In this document: positions 32,864 to 42,472 of the stretch, one piece after another
How positions within the stretch are numbered: position 1 is the first letter of the stretch
Layout: every line of letters begins with the position of its first letter
NCBI GenBank assembly: GCA_963422735.1
Contig: OY730476.1
Span: 3,072,001 to 3,136,000, forward strand
Direction: 5' to 3'
Length of the DNA stretch: 64,000 nucleotides
From: Candidatus Latescibacterota bacterium
GTDB taxonomy: Bacteria > Latescibacterota > UBA2968 > UBA8231
Translations under genes and position numbers: made by a program
Notes under the pieces: model-generated
Database searches by the model: none
What the model was told of the DNA's origin: nothing
Seen by the model: the letters and a program-made list of their open reading frames with translations, nothing else

Positions 32864-33304
32864 GTGGAGATGTGCAACACACCTCGTCTCGCCATGTGCG
32901 ATCAAGACGCCGCTGACTGTTTGGCCGTCAAGTCGGAGCTTGCAAAAAAATGCCGAGACGCTGACGCTGGGAAACCCGAAACCGTTGCCAGAATAGTGTG
33001 TCGCGAGCTAGAGAGTTGGTATTCTGGGGATCTGGCCGCGTTTGAGAGTGGCCTCGGCACTTAGGGGCTGGTTCGCCGTTACGGGAACGCGAGCAAACAC
33101 AGGGTTCCCGATAGAATCCACTATCCGGCTATCGAATTGAGGAAGATCACCCGTAACGCCTATCAGAAGGTGTCGGGATCAAGGTCTATCGGTTCGATGA
33201 TGTCGCTGGGCTCGAACAAGTCTCATAGCTTCCGGGTGTTTATCGGAGGCGTTCAACAGGCAATTAGGGGTGCGATAGAGCCTAATCCATCTTATCCGGA
33301 ATAG
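32864..33304 (+). pseudogene. DUF4276-family (TOPRIM-like) remnant
   Basis: DQD..DC..K, RI.CRELESW..GD..A, then past an in-frame TAG (33062-33064) YQKVSGSR and N.S.SF..F; N-terminus missing. Confidence 0.7.
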
Positions 33305-33385
33305 CTACTTTTGCCGCATCTTCAGTTTTAATTCTTACTGCGACAAGGCCCATCTGAAGCCAACCAAAACGAGGCCGCTGTCTGC

Positions 33386-34543
33386 CTATTCGCCGAGTTT
33401 AACGATCAGGTCCTTGCCGAACTCAATCCCGGCGACTCGGCAAGCCATCTTAATTTGCTCCCTTTTCTGTGACGTAGAGCTGTTTGTCCCTAGCCACCAC
33501 CCGCCGGATAGGGAAGCGGCCTGTGTCTCGGCTAGCTTGGGAGCGTTGGGGTAGAGCGAATCCCTGTCGCGTGCAAGGTACTGCCTCGAATGCCCCTTCA
33601 AACGTGGTTCCAGCTCCTCGTAGAACCGGGCATCCGTTTGTAAAAGCCGCTCGAAGACGCCCACCAACAATTCCTTGCCATTGCTGAACTGTTCCGTTTG
33701 CCCGCGGAAGATAAACGAATACTCTTTCCCCAGTCGTCCCTTGGGGGGTTCGGAAATTGCTTGGGAACGCTCCAGTGTTGGTTCGGCAGGAACCTCAGAG
33801 GCCGCCCTCATCTTCTGAGAATGCCTTGGCGGGGACGCGGTGGGGGTTTGGATATGGACAGCCTCCGCCTTGAAATCTTGACTCCAAATAAACTCCTCCA
33901 CGCGGCGAAGCTCCGGTCGCACACCGCTGATCCGTTCCACTTCCCTGCAGAACCAGTCCTTGAGGACCTCGGGCGGCTCGCGGAGAAATTCGGCCCACAC
34001 CGCCTCGAAGTTCGCAGCCGCTTCGCTCTGCTGTCGAAAAGCGTAGTAGTCGTCATGGGCGCGTCGGTGCGCCTCCCCGGACCGCACGGCCTCAAAGGCG
34101 AGATAGCGGCTTATTCTCTCGGCACTTTCAGCCGTGTCGCCATCAACCAAGTCCACCGCGGCAAAGCGCCGCTCTTGGTAGCTACCCTGTCCTGCTGGAA
34201 AGAAGAACCCCCAAGAACGCCCATCAGTCAGCACAGCGAGCGGAACTCCCTGCCGAAAGCAGTAATCAAAGAGTTGCTCTTCGCCTTTTGCGTTTGCCTT
34301 GCCGACATCTTTGACCTCAACCAAGACGGACGGCTTGTCGGGCGGATGACAGAGTGCGTAATCGACTTTGCGTCTCTTGATGGGAAACTCGGGAATCACC
34401 ACTTTAGGGTCCCAGACGTTCCAACCCAGTGTATTCAGGAGACGCATTACCACGCTGCGAGAGATTTGAGCTTCGTTGGCAAAGTCTCCCCGCGTCAAAC
34501 TGTCGCGAATTTCCTCGATTTGAAGGGTCAGACTTTCTGCCAT
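33386..34543 (-). CDS. HsdR_N-type PD-(D/E)xK nuclease fused to a C-terminal SeqA-like domain
   Basis: NEA, L..LGW, V.PE, VDYAL, VEVK, QL..Y, LTDG..W; Pro-rich linker; GWWLGTNSST.QK tail. Confidence 0.72.
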   Translation of the reverse strand: MAESLTLQIEEIRDSLTRGDFANEAQISRSVVMRLLNTLGWNVWDPKVVIPEFPIKRRKVDYALCHPPDKPSVLVEVKDVGKANAKGEEQLFDYCFRQGVPLAVLTDGRSWGFFFPAGQGSYQERRFAAVDLVDGDTAESAERISRYLAFEAVRSGEAHRRAHDDYYAFRQQSEAAANFEAVWAEFLREPPEVLKDWFCREVERISGVRPELRRVEEFIWSQDFKAEAVHIQTPTASPPRHSQKMRAASEVPAEPTLERSQAISEPPKGRLGKEYSFIFRGQTEQFSNGKELLVGVFERLLQTDARFYEELEPRLKGHSRQYLARDRDSLYPNAPKLAETQAASLSGGWWLGTNSSTSQKREQIKMACRVAGIEFGKDLIVKLGE

Positions 34544-34744
34544 GGTGTCTCCTCTTCAATCGAAAAACGTTCGGATTGCCCAGCCTTCGGACCGCATGGG
34601 AATAGATTATTGTAAATCTAGTCTCAAAGTCTAGCAATTTCCCCTCCCCTTAGTAGTAGCCGCAAAAGCGCGGGAATAAATCGCGGCGATGGGATGTCTA
34701 ATTTGTCGTAGAGTCCCTTAAAACTTTTACAGGAGAACCGTGAG

Positions 34745-35176
34745 ATGTGCATTCGCAAGGTGGCTTTGTGGATTGTCGCTATTTGTCTATTGAGCACCGC
34801 GGTGCTCGAAGCCCAGCCAGGGGGCAGGCGTGGTGGCATGAGCGGCCCGGAGCAGATTTTTGGCCTATTGGCCTTTGACGAGAAGTTCAAAGTAACCGAC
34901 AAACAGCTACCCGCGCTGCGGGAGGCGCTTAAGCCGCTATACGTTGAGCAACGGCAGATGATGGCGGAAATGTTCAGCGGCGAGGTCGATTTTCGGGCTA
35001 TGCGCCAGAAAATGCGCGAGCAGCAGACCAAGATGCGCGATAAGATTATGGCCGCGCTCGCCACAGCGTTAGACGACGAGCAGATCGAAGCCCTAAAAGC
35101 GCACCTGCAGCAGGAGCAGCGCCAGCGCGGTGGGCCGCGCGGGGGTGGAGACGGTCCGCGTGGTGGCGGGTTTTAG
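34745..35176 (+). CDS. secreted helical hypothetical protein (Spy/CpxP-like)
   Basis: signal peptide, Gly/Arg-rich ends, Met/Gln-rich helices, LDDEQ. Confidence 0.65.
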   Translation: MCIRKVALWIVAICLLSTAVLEAQPGGRRGGMSGPEQIFGLLAFDEKFKVTDKQLPALREALKPLYVEQRQMMAEMFSGEVDFRAMRQKMREQQTKMRDKIMAALATALDDEQIEALKAHLQQEQRQRGGPRGGGDGPRGGGF

Positions 35177-35278
35177 AATAGCGGTGCTGCCCGCGATTAT
35201 TGTTTTGTAAGAGCGAAACGAGGGTCCAACCTCAACCCGCCCCTCCACGTCTGGTTTGTCGCGCTCTTTTATCAACTA

Positions 35279-36033
35279 TCAACGCAACAACAACATTTTT
35301 CGCATTTTCCGCGTCTCCACCGGCGTCCCGATCCGCAGGCGGTACAGATACATGCCGCTGGCTAGTATGCCCCCCGCGTCGTTGCGGCCGTCCCAAGTTA
35401 GCCGATAGCGTCCTGCGGCCCGGATGCCTCGGACTAAGATGGCGACCTGCTGGCCGGCGATAGTGTACACGCTATCGGATCTAAGGGAGAATTGAAGGGC
35501 ATGTAGAAGCGGTTGCCGTAGTTGCCGTAGTAGATACTGCGCTCGTTGGCTCCGGCCTGCATCCCAAAATCTATCAGGCCTTGGGCGATGTAGTTGCCCA
35601 AGGCCGCGCACGGGGTTGCCGTCGGTGTAGTCTGTGGAGTGAAAGGTCGCACTATACCCCAACTCGCTTATGAGCCGGTTGATTTGGGAGAATGACAGTA
35701 TCCAGCCCGGCGAAAGGCGAAAGCGGAATCTCAGGAGGCGAGAGGCCGCATAGCTCATGGCTTCGCGTTGGGCAGCCTCCACGTCGTCGGGGCGGGGTAC
35801 GCCGGAAAAAGAGCAGGTGAAGCTGCCTACTGTTTTGTCCAGCAAGTAAGTCTGCTCGGGTCCGTCGCTGTACACCGCCCAAGCGTCGTATAGGGCTATG
35901 CTGGTGAGGTTGCGGGCGCGAGCGAAGTCGTCGTGGATGGACGCTAAGAGGACCTCGTTCCACTGGCGTGCCACCGAGCCGGAACAGCCGACAGGGCGAA
36001 GAGCACCCAAGCGATCAACTTTGTCCGTAGCAT
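35279..36033 (-). pseudogene. internally deleted DUF6851/vanadium haloperoxidase-like secreted protein with C-terminal FlgD/T9SS-like domain
   Basis: signal peptide from ATG 36033 out of frame with SVARQWNEVLL; second frame ALGNYIA; abrupt jump to WDGRND.G..LASGMYLYRL. Confidence 0.7.
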
Positions 36034-36079
36034 GATCGGGTCCTCTTTTTTAGACCGAGCTACCCTTAGGGATTGACGC

Positions 36080-36637
36080 TCACATCTTTTTCACGGCGTC
36101 TCCAACCCGTATCGTGCCCGGGCGAATCACCTTGGCGTTGACGCCGCGTAGCTGAAGCTGTTTGCCAACCGGAGAATTGATAAATTTCAGGGCGTCTAGC
36201 CCAAAGCGGGCGGCAAATTTTTTGCAACCAGTGTGGGGTGGCTCCGTGATTTGGATCACAGCCGAGCCTAGGGACAGCCGAGTTCCGGGGGGCACGTTGT
36301 CCACGCTTAGGTCGAAGTCGATGTATAGCTGATCCCCTGCTAGGGGCCAATGCTGCTTCTCTTGGGCCACTAGGGCCATCAAACGGGTGTTTGTCACCGT
36401 AAGTTGCATGTCTGGGTGCGCCGACCCATCTGCGGTTCTCGAGCTGCCGCGCCGTTTCCAATTGTCGCCCACCAGCCCCTCCACTAGATCGAGTTCCCCC
36501 ACGTCTAGGACTTCCCGCGTCTCCGTCTGCGGCCGCCGCACGATCAACTCCAATACGCCGATGGCTTTGGGCGACTGGCGAATGTCGTATAGTCCTGCGG
36601 TTAGCACTTCCATGGATAGCTGTTGCATCTCGGACAA
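36080..36637 (-). CDS. MOSC domain protein
   Basis: GLVGD, GDQLYID.DLS, PHTGC.KF, RGVNA; AGGAGG SD before TTG. Confidence 0.85.
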   Translation of the reverse strand: MSEMQQLSMEVLTAGLYDIRQSPKAIGVLELIVRRPQTETREVLDVGELDLVEGLVGDNWKRRGSSRTADGSAHPDMQLTVTNTRLMALVAQEKQHWPLAGDQLYIDFDLSVDNVPPGTRLSLGSAVIQITEPPHTGCKKFAARFGLDALKFINSPVGKQLQLRGVNAKVIRPGTIRVGDAVKKM

Positions 36638-36675
36638 GATCGACCTCCTGAATGTTTTGTCTCTGTAGGCATTTT

Positions 36676-37821
36676 TTATCGCGGCACTTCGTAGGATCCT
36701 TCAATCCCGCTGGACGAGAAGAGCACTTGCCAAAGCTGGTTCGCCCGGGCGCGGAAGGAGCCAGCGGAGGCCAGTAAGTAGAACGTCCACATCCGGTAGA
36801 AGCGCTCGTCGTAATGGGCCTTGAGTTCGCTCCAAGCCGCGTTGAAGTTGGCATACCAAGCCATCAGCGTCCGGTCGTAATGCGGGCCGAAGGTGTGCCA
36901 GTCCTCTAAGACGAAGTGCCCCCCGGCGGCCGTGGTAATCTGCTTGGCTGAAGGCAGCATGGAGTTGGGGAAGATGTAGCGCTCAATCCAAGGATCGCTG
37001 TTAGCCGCCGAGCTGTTGCGACCGATGGTGTGCAATAAAAAACGCCCGTCTGGGGCTAGGCAGCGTTTGACCGTTTGCATGAAGGTTGAGTAGTTCTTGA
37101 CGCCCACGTGCTCGAACATGCCGATCGACAGGACGCGGTCAAAGCGCTCGTCTAAGGATCGGTAGTCCTGCAAGCGAATCTCCACTGGCAGCCCGCGGCA
37201 CATCTCCTCAGCCAGTTTTGCCTGCTCCTTGGAGACGGTCACGCCCACTCCGTTGACTCCGTAGTGCTGGACCGCAAACCGCAGGGTGCCTCCCCAGCCG
37301 CAGCCGATGTCGAGTAGGCTCATCCCCGGCTCCAGCCCCAGCTTGCGGCAGCACAAGTCGAGCTTGGCTTCTTGCGCCTCGTCTAAATTGGCTGCATTCC
37401 GCCAGTATCCGCAGCTATAGATCATGCGCTGGTCGAGCATAGCTCGGTACAGGTCGTTCCCTATATCGTAGTGGCGCTGGCCGACTTGGAAGGAGCGGGC
37501 GGGCGTTTGCAGGTTGAGCAGCCGTGCCCTCAGATAGGGCAGAAGCAGGTGCCGCCCGCGCAACTTCAGACCCAGCCGGGTGCGCAAGATCCGCGCACAA
37601 AGTTCGTCTAGCTGCGGGCAGTCCCACCACCCATCCATGTACGACTCGCCCGCGCCCAGCGATCCGTGGCCCAGCACATGCGCGAAAAAGCGGTCGTCGT
37701 GGACTTCTATATCATAGGGCCGATCTCCGCCGATGCGCACATCGGCCTCCTCCAGCAATGCTTCTATGTGTCGCCAATTCTGGCGACGGACAGCACTGCG
37801 GCGATAGGCATTCTGATTCAT
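36676..37821 (-). CDS. cfa: cyclopropane-fatty-acyl-phospholipid synthase
   Basis: GESYMDGWW, HYDIGND, YSCGYW, LDIGCGWG, GMFEHVG. Confidence 0.95.
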   Translation of the reverse strand: MNQNAYRRSAVRRQNWRHIEALLEEADVRIGGDRPYDIEVHDDRFFAHVLGHGSLGAGESYMDGWWDCPQLDELCARILRTRLGLKLRGRHLLLPYLRARLLNLQTPARSFQVGQRHYDIGNDLYRAMLDQRMIYSCGYWRNAANLDEAQEAKLDLCCRKLGLEPGMSLLDIGCGWGGTLRFAVQHYGVNGVGVTVSKEQAKLAEEMCRGLPVEIRLQDYRSLDERFDRVLSIGMFEHVGVKNYSTFMQTVKRCLAPDGRFLLHTIGRNSSAANSDPWIERYIFPNSMLPSAKQITTAAGGHFVLEDWHTFGPHYDRTLMAWYANFNAAWSELKAHYDERFYRMWTFYLLASAGSFRARANQLWQVLFSSSGIEGSYEVPR

Positions 37822-38034
37822 GGTAGCTTCTTCTCGGCGTTGTCTGTTTTTGAGAATTGGCAGGGCATATTATGCGTAACGAGTATGCCGCAAACAACCC
37901 CGTGCCAACGAGCAAGCGACCGAGATGCTAGTGACCCTCGCGCTTGACAGTTCGCCGCGTCCCGCTGCAATTTTCGGCGCGGTGAGCGTGGGAGGCGCGA
38001 ACCATCACTTTGTTAAAAAATAAAGGCTAGGTCT

Positions 38035-39705
38035 ATGGCTACGGAGCGCTTCACCTCGACGTTAAGTCGAGACAAACCGAATTTTCTGTGGATTTCATTT
38101 GAGGATACCAATCCCCGGTACGGGTGCTACGGCGATTCGGTGGCGCGTACGCCCACGTTGGATCGCCTCGCCGCGCAAGGGTGCCGCTGGACGCGCTGCT
38201 TCTCCACGGCCGGCGTCTGCGCCCCGGCCCGGTCGGCCATCATCACCGGCATGTACTCGATCTCCATCGGCACTCACCATATGCGCACGACTCACGCCAA
38301 CCGTGCCACTCCAGAGATGCCCACGCCGTATTCAGCCGTTGTGCCACACTACGTAAAGTGCTTCACAGAATACCTGCGGGCGGCAGGGTATTACTGCACT
38401 AACAACGCTAAGACCGACTACCAGTTTGAACCCCCTCAGACCGCTTGGGACGCGCTCGGCCCGCACGCCCACTGGCGCGACCGTCCCGACCCGGACCAGC
38501 CGTTTTTCGCAGTCTTCAACCCCACGCGCACCCACGAAAGCGGCATGTTCACGCCAGCTTCACCCTGCCTTCAGGCAGGACAAGGCGCGGTGAAGCGGCC
38601 CGAGAAGTGCCCTGAGCCGGAGTTCGACCCGGATGCCATCCCTCTACCGCCCTATTTCCCCGATACCCCCTTAGTACGCCAAGCCATGGTGCGGATGTAC
38701 ACGCATATTTCGCATAGCGATCAAGAGCTTGCCCAGCTCCTGCAACAACTCGACGAAGACGGTTTGTCCAAGAATACGTACGTCTTTCACTGGAGCGATC
38801 ACGGCCCGCTGCCGCGCGGCAAGCGCTGGCCGTACGACGCGGGCATTCACGTGCCCCTGATCGTCTGCGGCCCAGACGTGGAAGCGGGGCGAGTATGCGA
38901 GGACTTGGTAAGCACCGTCGATCTAGGTCCTACGGTACTCTCGCTCGCGGGGATTGAAGTGCCCGCCCACATGCAAGGCCGTGCGTTTTTGGGCCGCCAA
39001 GCTCAACCGCCGAGGGAGTACATATACGCGAGCCGCGACCGGCATGACGAGGCGTACGACATGGTGCGGGCCGTGCGCGACCGCCGCTTTAAGTACATCC
39101 GCAACTATCGGCCAGATCTTCCCTACTTGGCGTGGATCCCCTATCGCAATCGGCACCCCATTGTGCAGGAAATGTGGCGCTTGCACTTGGCCGACGAACT
39201 GGACGAGACGCAGGCGGTCATGTTCCAGTACCCGAGGCCGGTCGAAGAGCTATACGACACCGAAGCCGATCCGCACGAGATCAACAACTTGGCGGCCAGT
39301 CCCCAGTACCAGCCAGAGCGGGATCGCCTGCGCGGAGCCTTGGACGAATGGCTGCGAGAAGTAGGCGACATGGGCCGAATGGCGGAAAGCGACATGGTGC
39401 GGCAGTGGTATCCCAATGGCCAACAGCCGCAGACCGCCCCGCCGGTGTGTGTGCCCATTTGCGCCGATAGCCTTGGGATTGAGCCAGCGCTGAAAGGCGG
39501 TACATTTCGGGGGCCGCTACTAGTGCAACTCCACTGTGCCACGCAGGGTGCTTCTATGGCGTATGCCATGGACGACCAGCCGCACTGGCACCTCTACACC
39601 GAGCCGTTGCCCATGGAAGTTGGGACGACCTCCTTGCGGGCCAAGGCGATCCGCATTGGATACCGGGAGAGCCAAGAGACCCATGCGACCTTTGTCGTAG
39701 AGTGA
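38035..39705 (+). CDS. sulfatase with C-terminal FN3/chitobiase-like domain and a 16-codon element insertion
   Basis: PNFLWISFED, CAPAR, SDHG, ELYD...DP.E; C-terminal TQGAS.AY...W.LY..P...AKAIRIGY. Confidence 0.92.
   Translation: MATERFTSTLSRDKPNFLWISFEDTNPRYGCYGDSVARTPTLDRLAAQGCRWTRCFSTAGVCAPARSAIITGMYSISIGTHHMRTTHANRATPEMPTPYSAVVPHYVKCFTEYLRAAGYYCTNNAKTDYQFEPPQTAWDALGPHAHWRDRPDPDQPFFAVFNPTRTHESGMFTPASPCLQAGQGAVKRPEKCPEPEFDPDAIPLPPYFPDTPLVRQAMVRMYTHISHSDQELAQLLQQLDEDGLSKNTYVFHWSDHGPLPRGKRWPYDAGIHVPLIVCGPDVEAGRVCEDLVSTVDLGPTVLSLAGIEVPAHMQGRAFLGRQAQPPREYIYASRDRHDEAYDMVRAVRDRRFKYIRNYRPDLPYLAWIPYRNRHPIVQEMWRLHLADELDETQAVMFQYPRPVEELYDTEADPHEINNLAASPQYQPERDRLRGALDEWLREVGDMGRMAESDMVRQWYPNGQQPQTAPPVCVPICADSLGIEPALKGGTFRGPLLVQLHCATQGASMAYAMDDQPHWHLYTEPLPMEVGTTSLRAKAIRIGYRESQETHATFVVE
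38549..38596 (-). mobile_element. palindromic mini-element, copy B (48 bp), inserted in frame in the sulfatase gene
   Basis: reverse complement GCTTCACCGCGCCTTGTCCTGCCTGAAGGCAGGGTGAAGCTGGCGTGA matches the intergenic copies; excision restores ATG TGG CCC GAG AAG. Confidence 0.8.
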
Positions 39706-39720
39706 GATCTGGGCAGACCT

Positions 39721-39900
39721 ATGACGAGACGATTCCAAGCCAACGTGTTGGAGCGGTTAGTCGCCAACATTTTTGAGGCCCACGGCACCCCGTTCCAAGA
39801 AGCGCAGACCGTAGCTCGCCTGTTGGTGCAGGCCGATCTCATGGGCCTACCTTCGCCTGTGTCCGGGGCTGTTGGGTCGCCGCCGAGCCGACCGCTATGA
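39721..39900 (+). pseudogene. N-terminal fragment of Ldh_2 (malate/L-lactate dehydrogenase) family oxidoreductase
   Basis: IFEAHG....A..VA.LLVQADLMGLPS breaks off just before the expected HG. Confidence 0.7.
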
Positions 39901-39908
39901 ACAGCGGT

Positions 39909-39955
39909 GATTCACCGCGCCTTGTCCTGCCTAAAGGCAGGGCGAAGAGGCGCGA
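39909..39955 (+). mobile_element. palindromic mini-element, copy C (47 bp)
   Basis: GATTCACCGCGCCTTGTCCTGCCTAAAGGCAGGGCGAAGAGGCGCGA aligns end to end with copy B. Confidence 0.8.
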
Positions 39956-40023
39956 CATAGTGAGCGACAGGTTTTGCTGTCGCGATGATTTTTAGTACCG
40001 GCAATTTTGAGAAAGGAACCCCC

Positions 40024-40767
40024 ATGAAAACAGTGGTCTTCGGTGCCGCCGGTTGGTTGGGCCGCGCCGTCTTGCAAAACTTGGCTGGCAAACACGACAT
40101 CCGCGCCTTTGACTACGGCTCCCAAGCTTGGGAGGATTTGCGCGACCTAGATGGCGACTGGAACGACGGCGAAGTGATCCACGGTGATATAGTTGATTAC
40201 CACGCGGTGGAGCGAGCCATCAGCGGCGTAGATTGCGTCATTCACACGGCGGTTTACTTCGCCGGCGATCCCAACGACGACAAGCCCTTCCTAATCAACC
40301 TCAAGGGTTTGTGGAACGTCCTGCAAGTGGCCCAAGAGCAGGGCGTCCGCAAGGCAGTACACATCGGCTCGTGCCAGACCGTGCATCCCGAGGGCATTTT
40401 CTTTTCCTCGGAGGTGCGGCGTCCCGATGGCAGCCTATATGCGGTATGTAAGCGGCTACAGGAGGAAATGTGCCGCCAGTTCCACGAAGCCTTTGGGCTG
40501 CCCATCGTGGTCTTGCGGCCCGACTATATCGTGGATTCGCGCTTGGGGATCGGCAAATACCGAGAACCACTGCAGAACATCCGCAACGGCTTGGTCTGCC
40601 GCCACGATTTGGCCGAAGCCTGCCGACTGGCCTTAGAAAGGGACGAAGTGGAGTTTGACGTATTGCACGTGGTCGGTATGCCCGAAGCCGACGCCACCTG
40701 CAATACGGCGCGGGGCCGGGAAGTGCTGGGCTTGGAGTACAAGGGGAATTTGGACCAGTACCGCTAA
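40024..40767 (+). CDS. NAD-dependent epimerase/dehydratase family protein
   Basis: GAAGWLG Rossmann motif, GDI, YAVCK (YxxxK). Confidence 0.88.
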   Translation: MKTVVFGAAGWLGRAVLQNLAGKHDIRAFDYGSQAWEDLRDLDGDWNDGEVIHGDIVDYHAVERAISGVDCVIHTAVYFAGDPNDDKPFLINLKGLWNVLQVAQEQGVRKAVHIGSCQTVHPEGIFFSSEVRRPDGSLYAVCKRLQEEMCRQFHEAFGLPIVVLRPDYIVDSRLGIGKYREPLQNIRNGLVCRHDLAEACRLALERDEVEFDVLHVVGMPEADATCNTARGREVLGLEYKGNLDQYR

Positions 40768-40793
40768 GTTTGCAGAGGTCCCTAACGACCCCG

Positions 40794-40821
40794 TTGACAC
40801 TGTTTAACGCCAATTTAAGAT
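40794..40821 (+). promoter_or_regulatory. putative sigma70 promoter
   Basis: TTGACA, 16 bp, TAAGAT upstream of GAGGAG-GTG at 40845. Confidence 0.4.
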
Positions 40822-40844
40822 CTTGATTATAAAGAGAGGAGCGC

Positions 40845-42472
40845 GTGAGACAGACCAGTTTCGTCGTTAGTTTATTTTGCATTCTGCTGCCCCATCGCAG
40901 CCGACGGGCTGGTGCTATTACGGCGGCAACGCGGGCAGCACCTAGTTCGCGCCGCTCGCTCAGGTCGGCGACAACTTCGCCGACCTGCACATCATCTGGC
41001 GCTGGCGGCCCCCCGAGGCGGAAATTCTCGCACAGCACGATGTCGGTAGAAACTACTATCGCAGTACGCCGGTAGCTATCAATGGCGTACTCTACGTCAG
41101 TTCGCCCTTTGGGATCGTCTCTGCACTCGACGCGGCTACTGGCGAGGAGTTGTGGAAATTCGATCCTGAATCTTGGCACCTCGATAGCTAGTTCTCCAGC
41201 ACCCACTGGGGCGTGGCCTATTGCTATCTCTACTCGCTCGACGCCGAAACCGGCCGGCCCGACCCAACATTCGGCGACAGCGGGCGCGTTGATCTGACCC
41301 AAGGCATGCGCCGGGAGGTGCAACGCGGCGCGTATGCTTCGGTCTCGCCACCGATGATTTATGGCAGCTTGGACGTTCCCGGCATTTGCGGCCGGCCCGT
41401 GCCCCGACCCATGCCGCCGGGCGATGTGCGCCTTTAATGTGCATACTGGCGAGCAAAAGTGGATCTTCGAGACTGTTCATCGAGAGGGCGACTTCGGCAA
41501 TGAGACTTGGGGCGAAGGCTCGTGGAAGGACTTTGGGGCACCAATGTGTGGTCGATTATGAGCCTCGACCCAGCGTTGGGCTATGTCTATCTGCCGGCTA
41601 GCACCCCGAGCAATGACTCTTACGGCGGCGAGTGCCCCGGCGATAACCTCTTCGGCGACAGTGTCGTCTGTCTCGATGCCCGCACCGGTGTTCGGGTCTG
41701 GCACTTCCAGATTGCCTATCGCGGAGTTTGGGACTACGATCCGCCCGCTGCGCCGACTCTCGTCGATATAAAGGTTGACGGCAAGCCGATCAAAGCCGTA
41801 GTCCAACTAACCAAACAGGCCTTCTGCTTTGTCTTCGACCGGGGCACGGCCGCACCTGTGTGGCCGGTCGTCGAGATGCCGGTGCCCGCCTCGGCCATCG
41901 TCGGCGAAGCGGACACCGAGACCCAGCCGATCCCCGTCTGGCCCCGCCCCTATGACCGCCAAGGCTTGAGAGTAGAAGACTTGATCGACTTCACGCCCGA
42001 GCTGCGGCAAATGGCGATGGAGGCGATTGAAGGGCACAGCTACGGTTCCTTGTACGCGCCGCCTGCGGAAAAGAGCGGTTTTCGTACCAGGCCTCTTGGG
42101 TGGCCCGGATTGGTCAGCTACGTGCCGTCCAAGACCATGCCCTAGTAAGGCCAACCACAACTTCACCGCCGCGGATAACCTGCCGCTGCTCAAGCCGCCC
42201 TACGACCATCCCCTGCTGCGCGATCTCGAAATCAAAGAGGAACTGGGCTGGCCCTCTCGCACCTTTCCGCTGCTGACCCGACGCTTCTGCTGACCGATAC
42301 CGAAGACGTCGAATTGACTCGCTATTTGCTAGAAAAGGGCGCAGCCGCGACTATTGGCGACGCCCGCTGGGGCGAGACGCCCTACGACTGGGCGGGCTAC
42401 TACAGCAACGAGGCCATGCGCGAGGTCCTCAAAGCGGTATCAAATAAGGGAAAGGAAAAATCCAATGAATAA
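40845..42472 (+). pseudogene. heavily degraded PQQ dehydrogenase-ankyrin fusion, paralogue of the next gene
   Basis: fragments in several frames (TNVWS.MS.D..LG, GDNLF, WDYD, QLTKQAFCFVFDR, LIDFTPEL) and a terminal ankyrin-like piece VELTRYLLEKGA...GETPYDWA whose stop overlaps the next ATG. Confidence 0.8.

Noticed and set aside
17778-33064. Stop-codon recoding suggested by in-frame TAA (17778) and TAG (33062)
   Set aside because: Both genes are also truncated, and TAA and TAG terminate many intact genes here.
38538-38599. AAGCGGC direct repeat as a target-site duplication for the in-gene element
   Set aside because: Excising between the repeats removes 55 bp and breaks the frame; the 48-bp boundary matches the other copies and restores a sensible codon.
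31574-41323. Long antisense ORFs such as 31574-32407, 33698-34615 and 40301-41323
   Set aside because: They shadow real genes on the opposite strand in GC-rich DNA and have no recognisable motifs.
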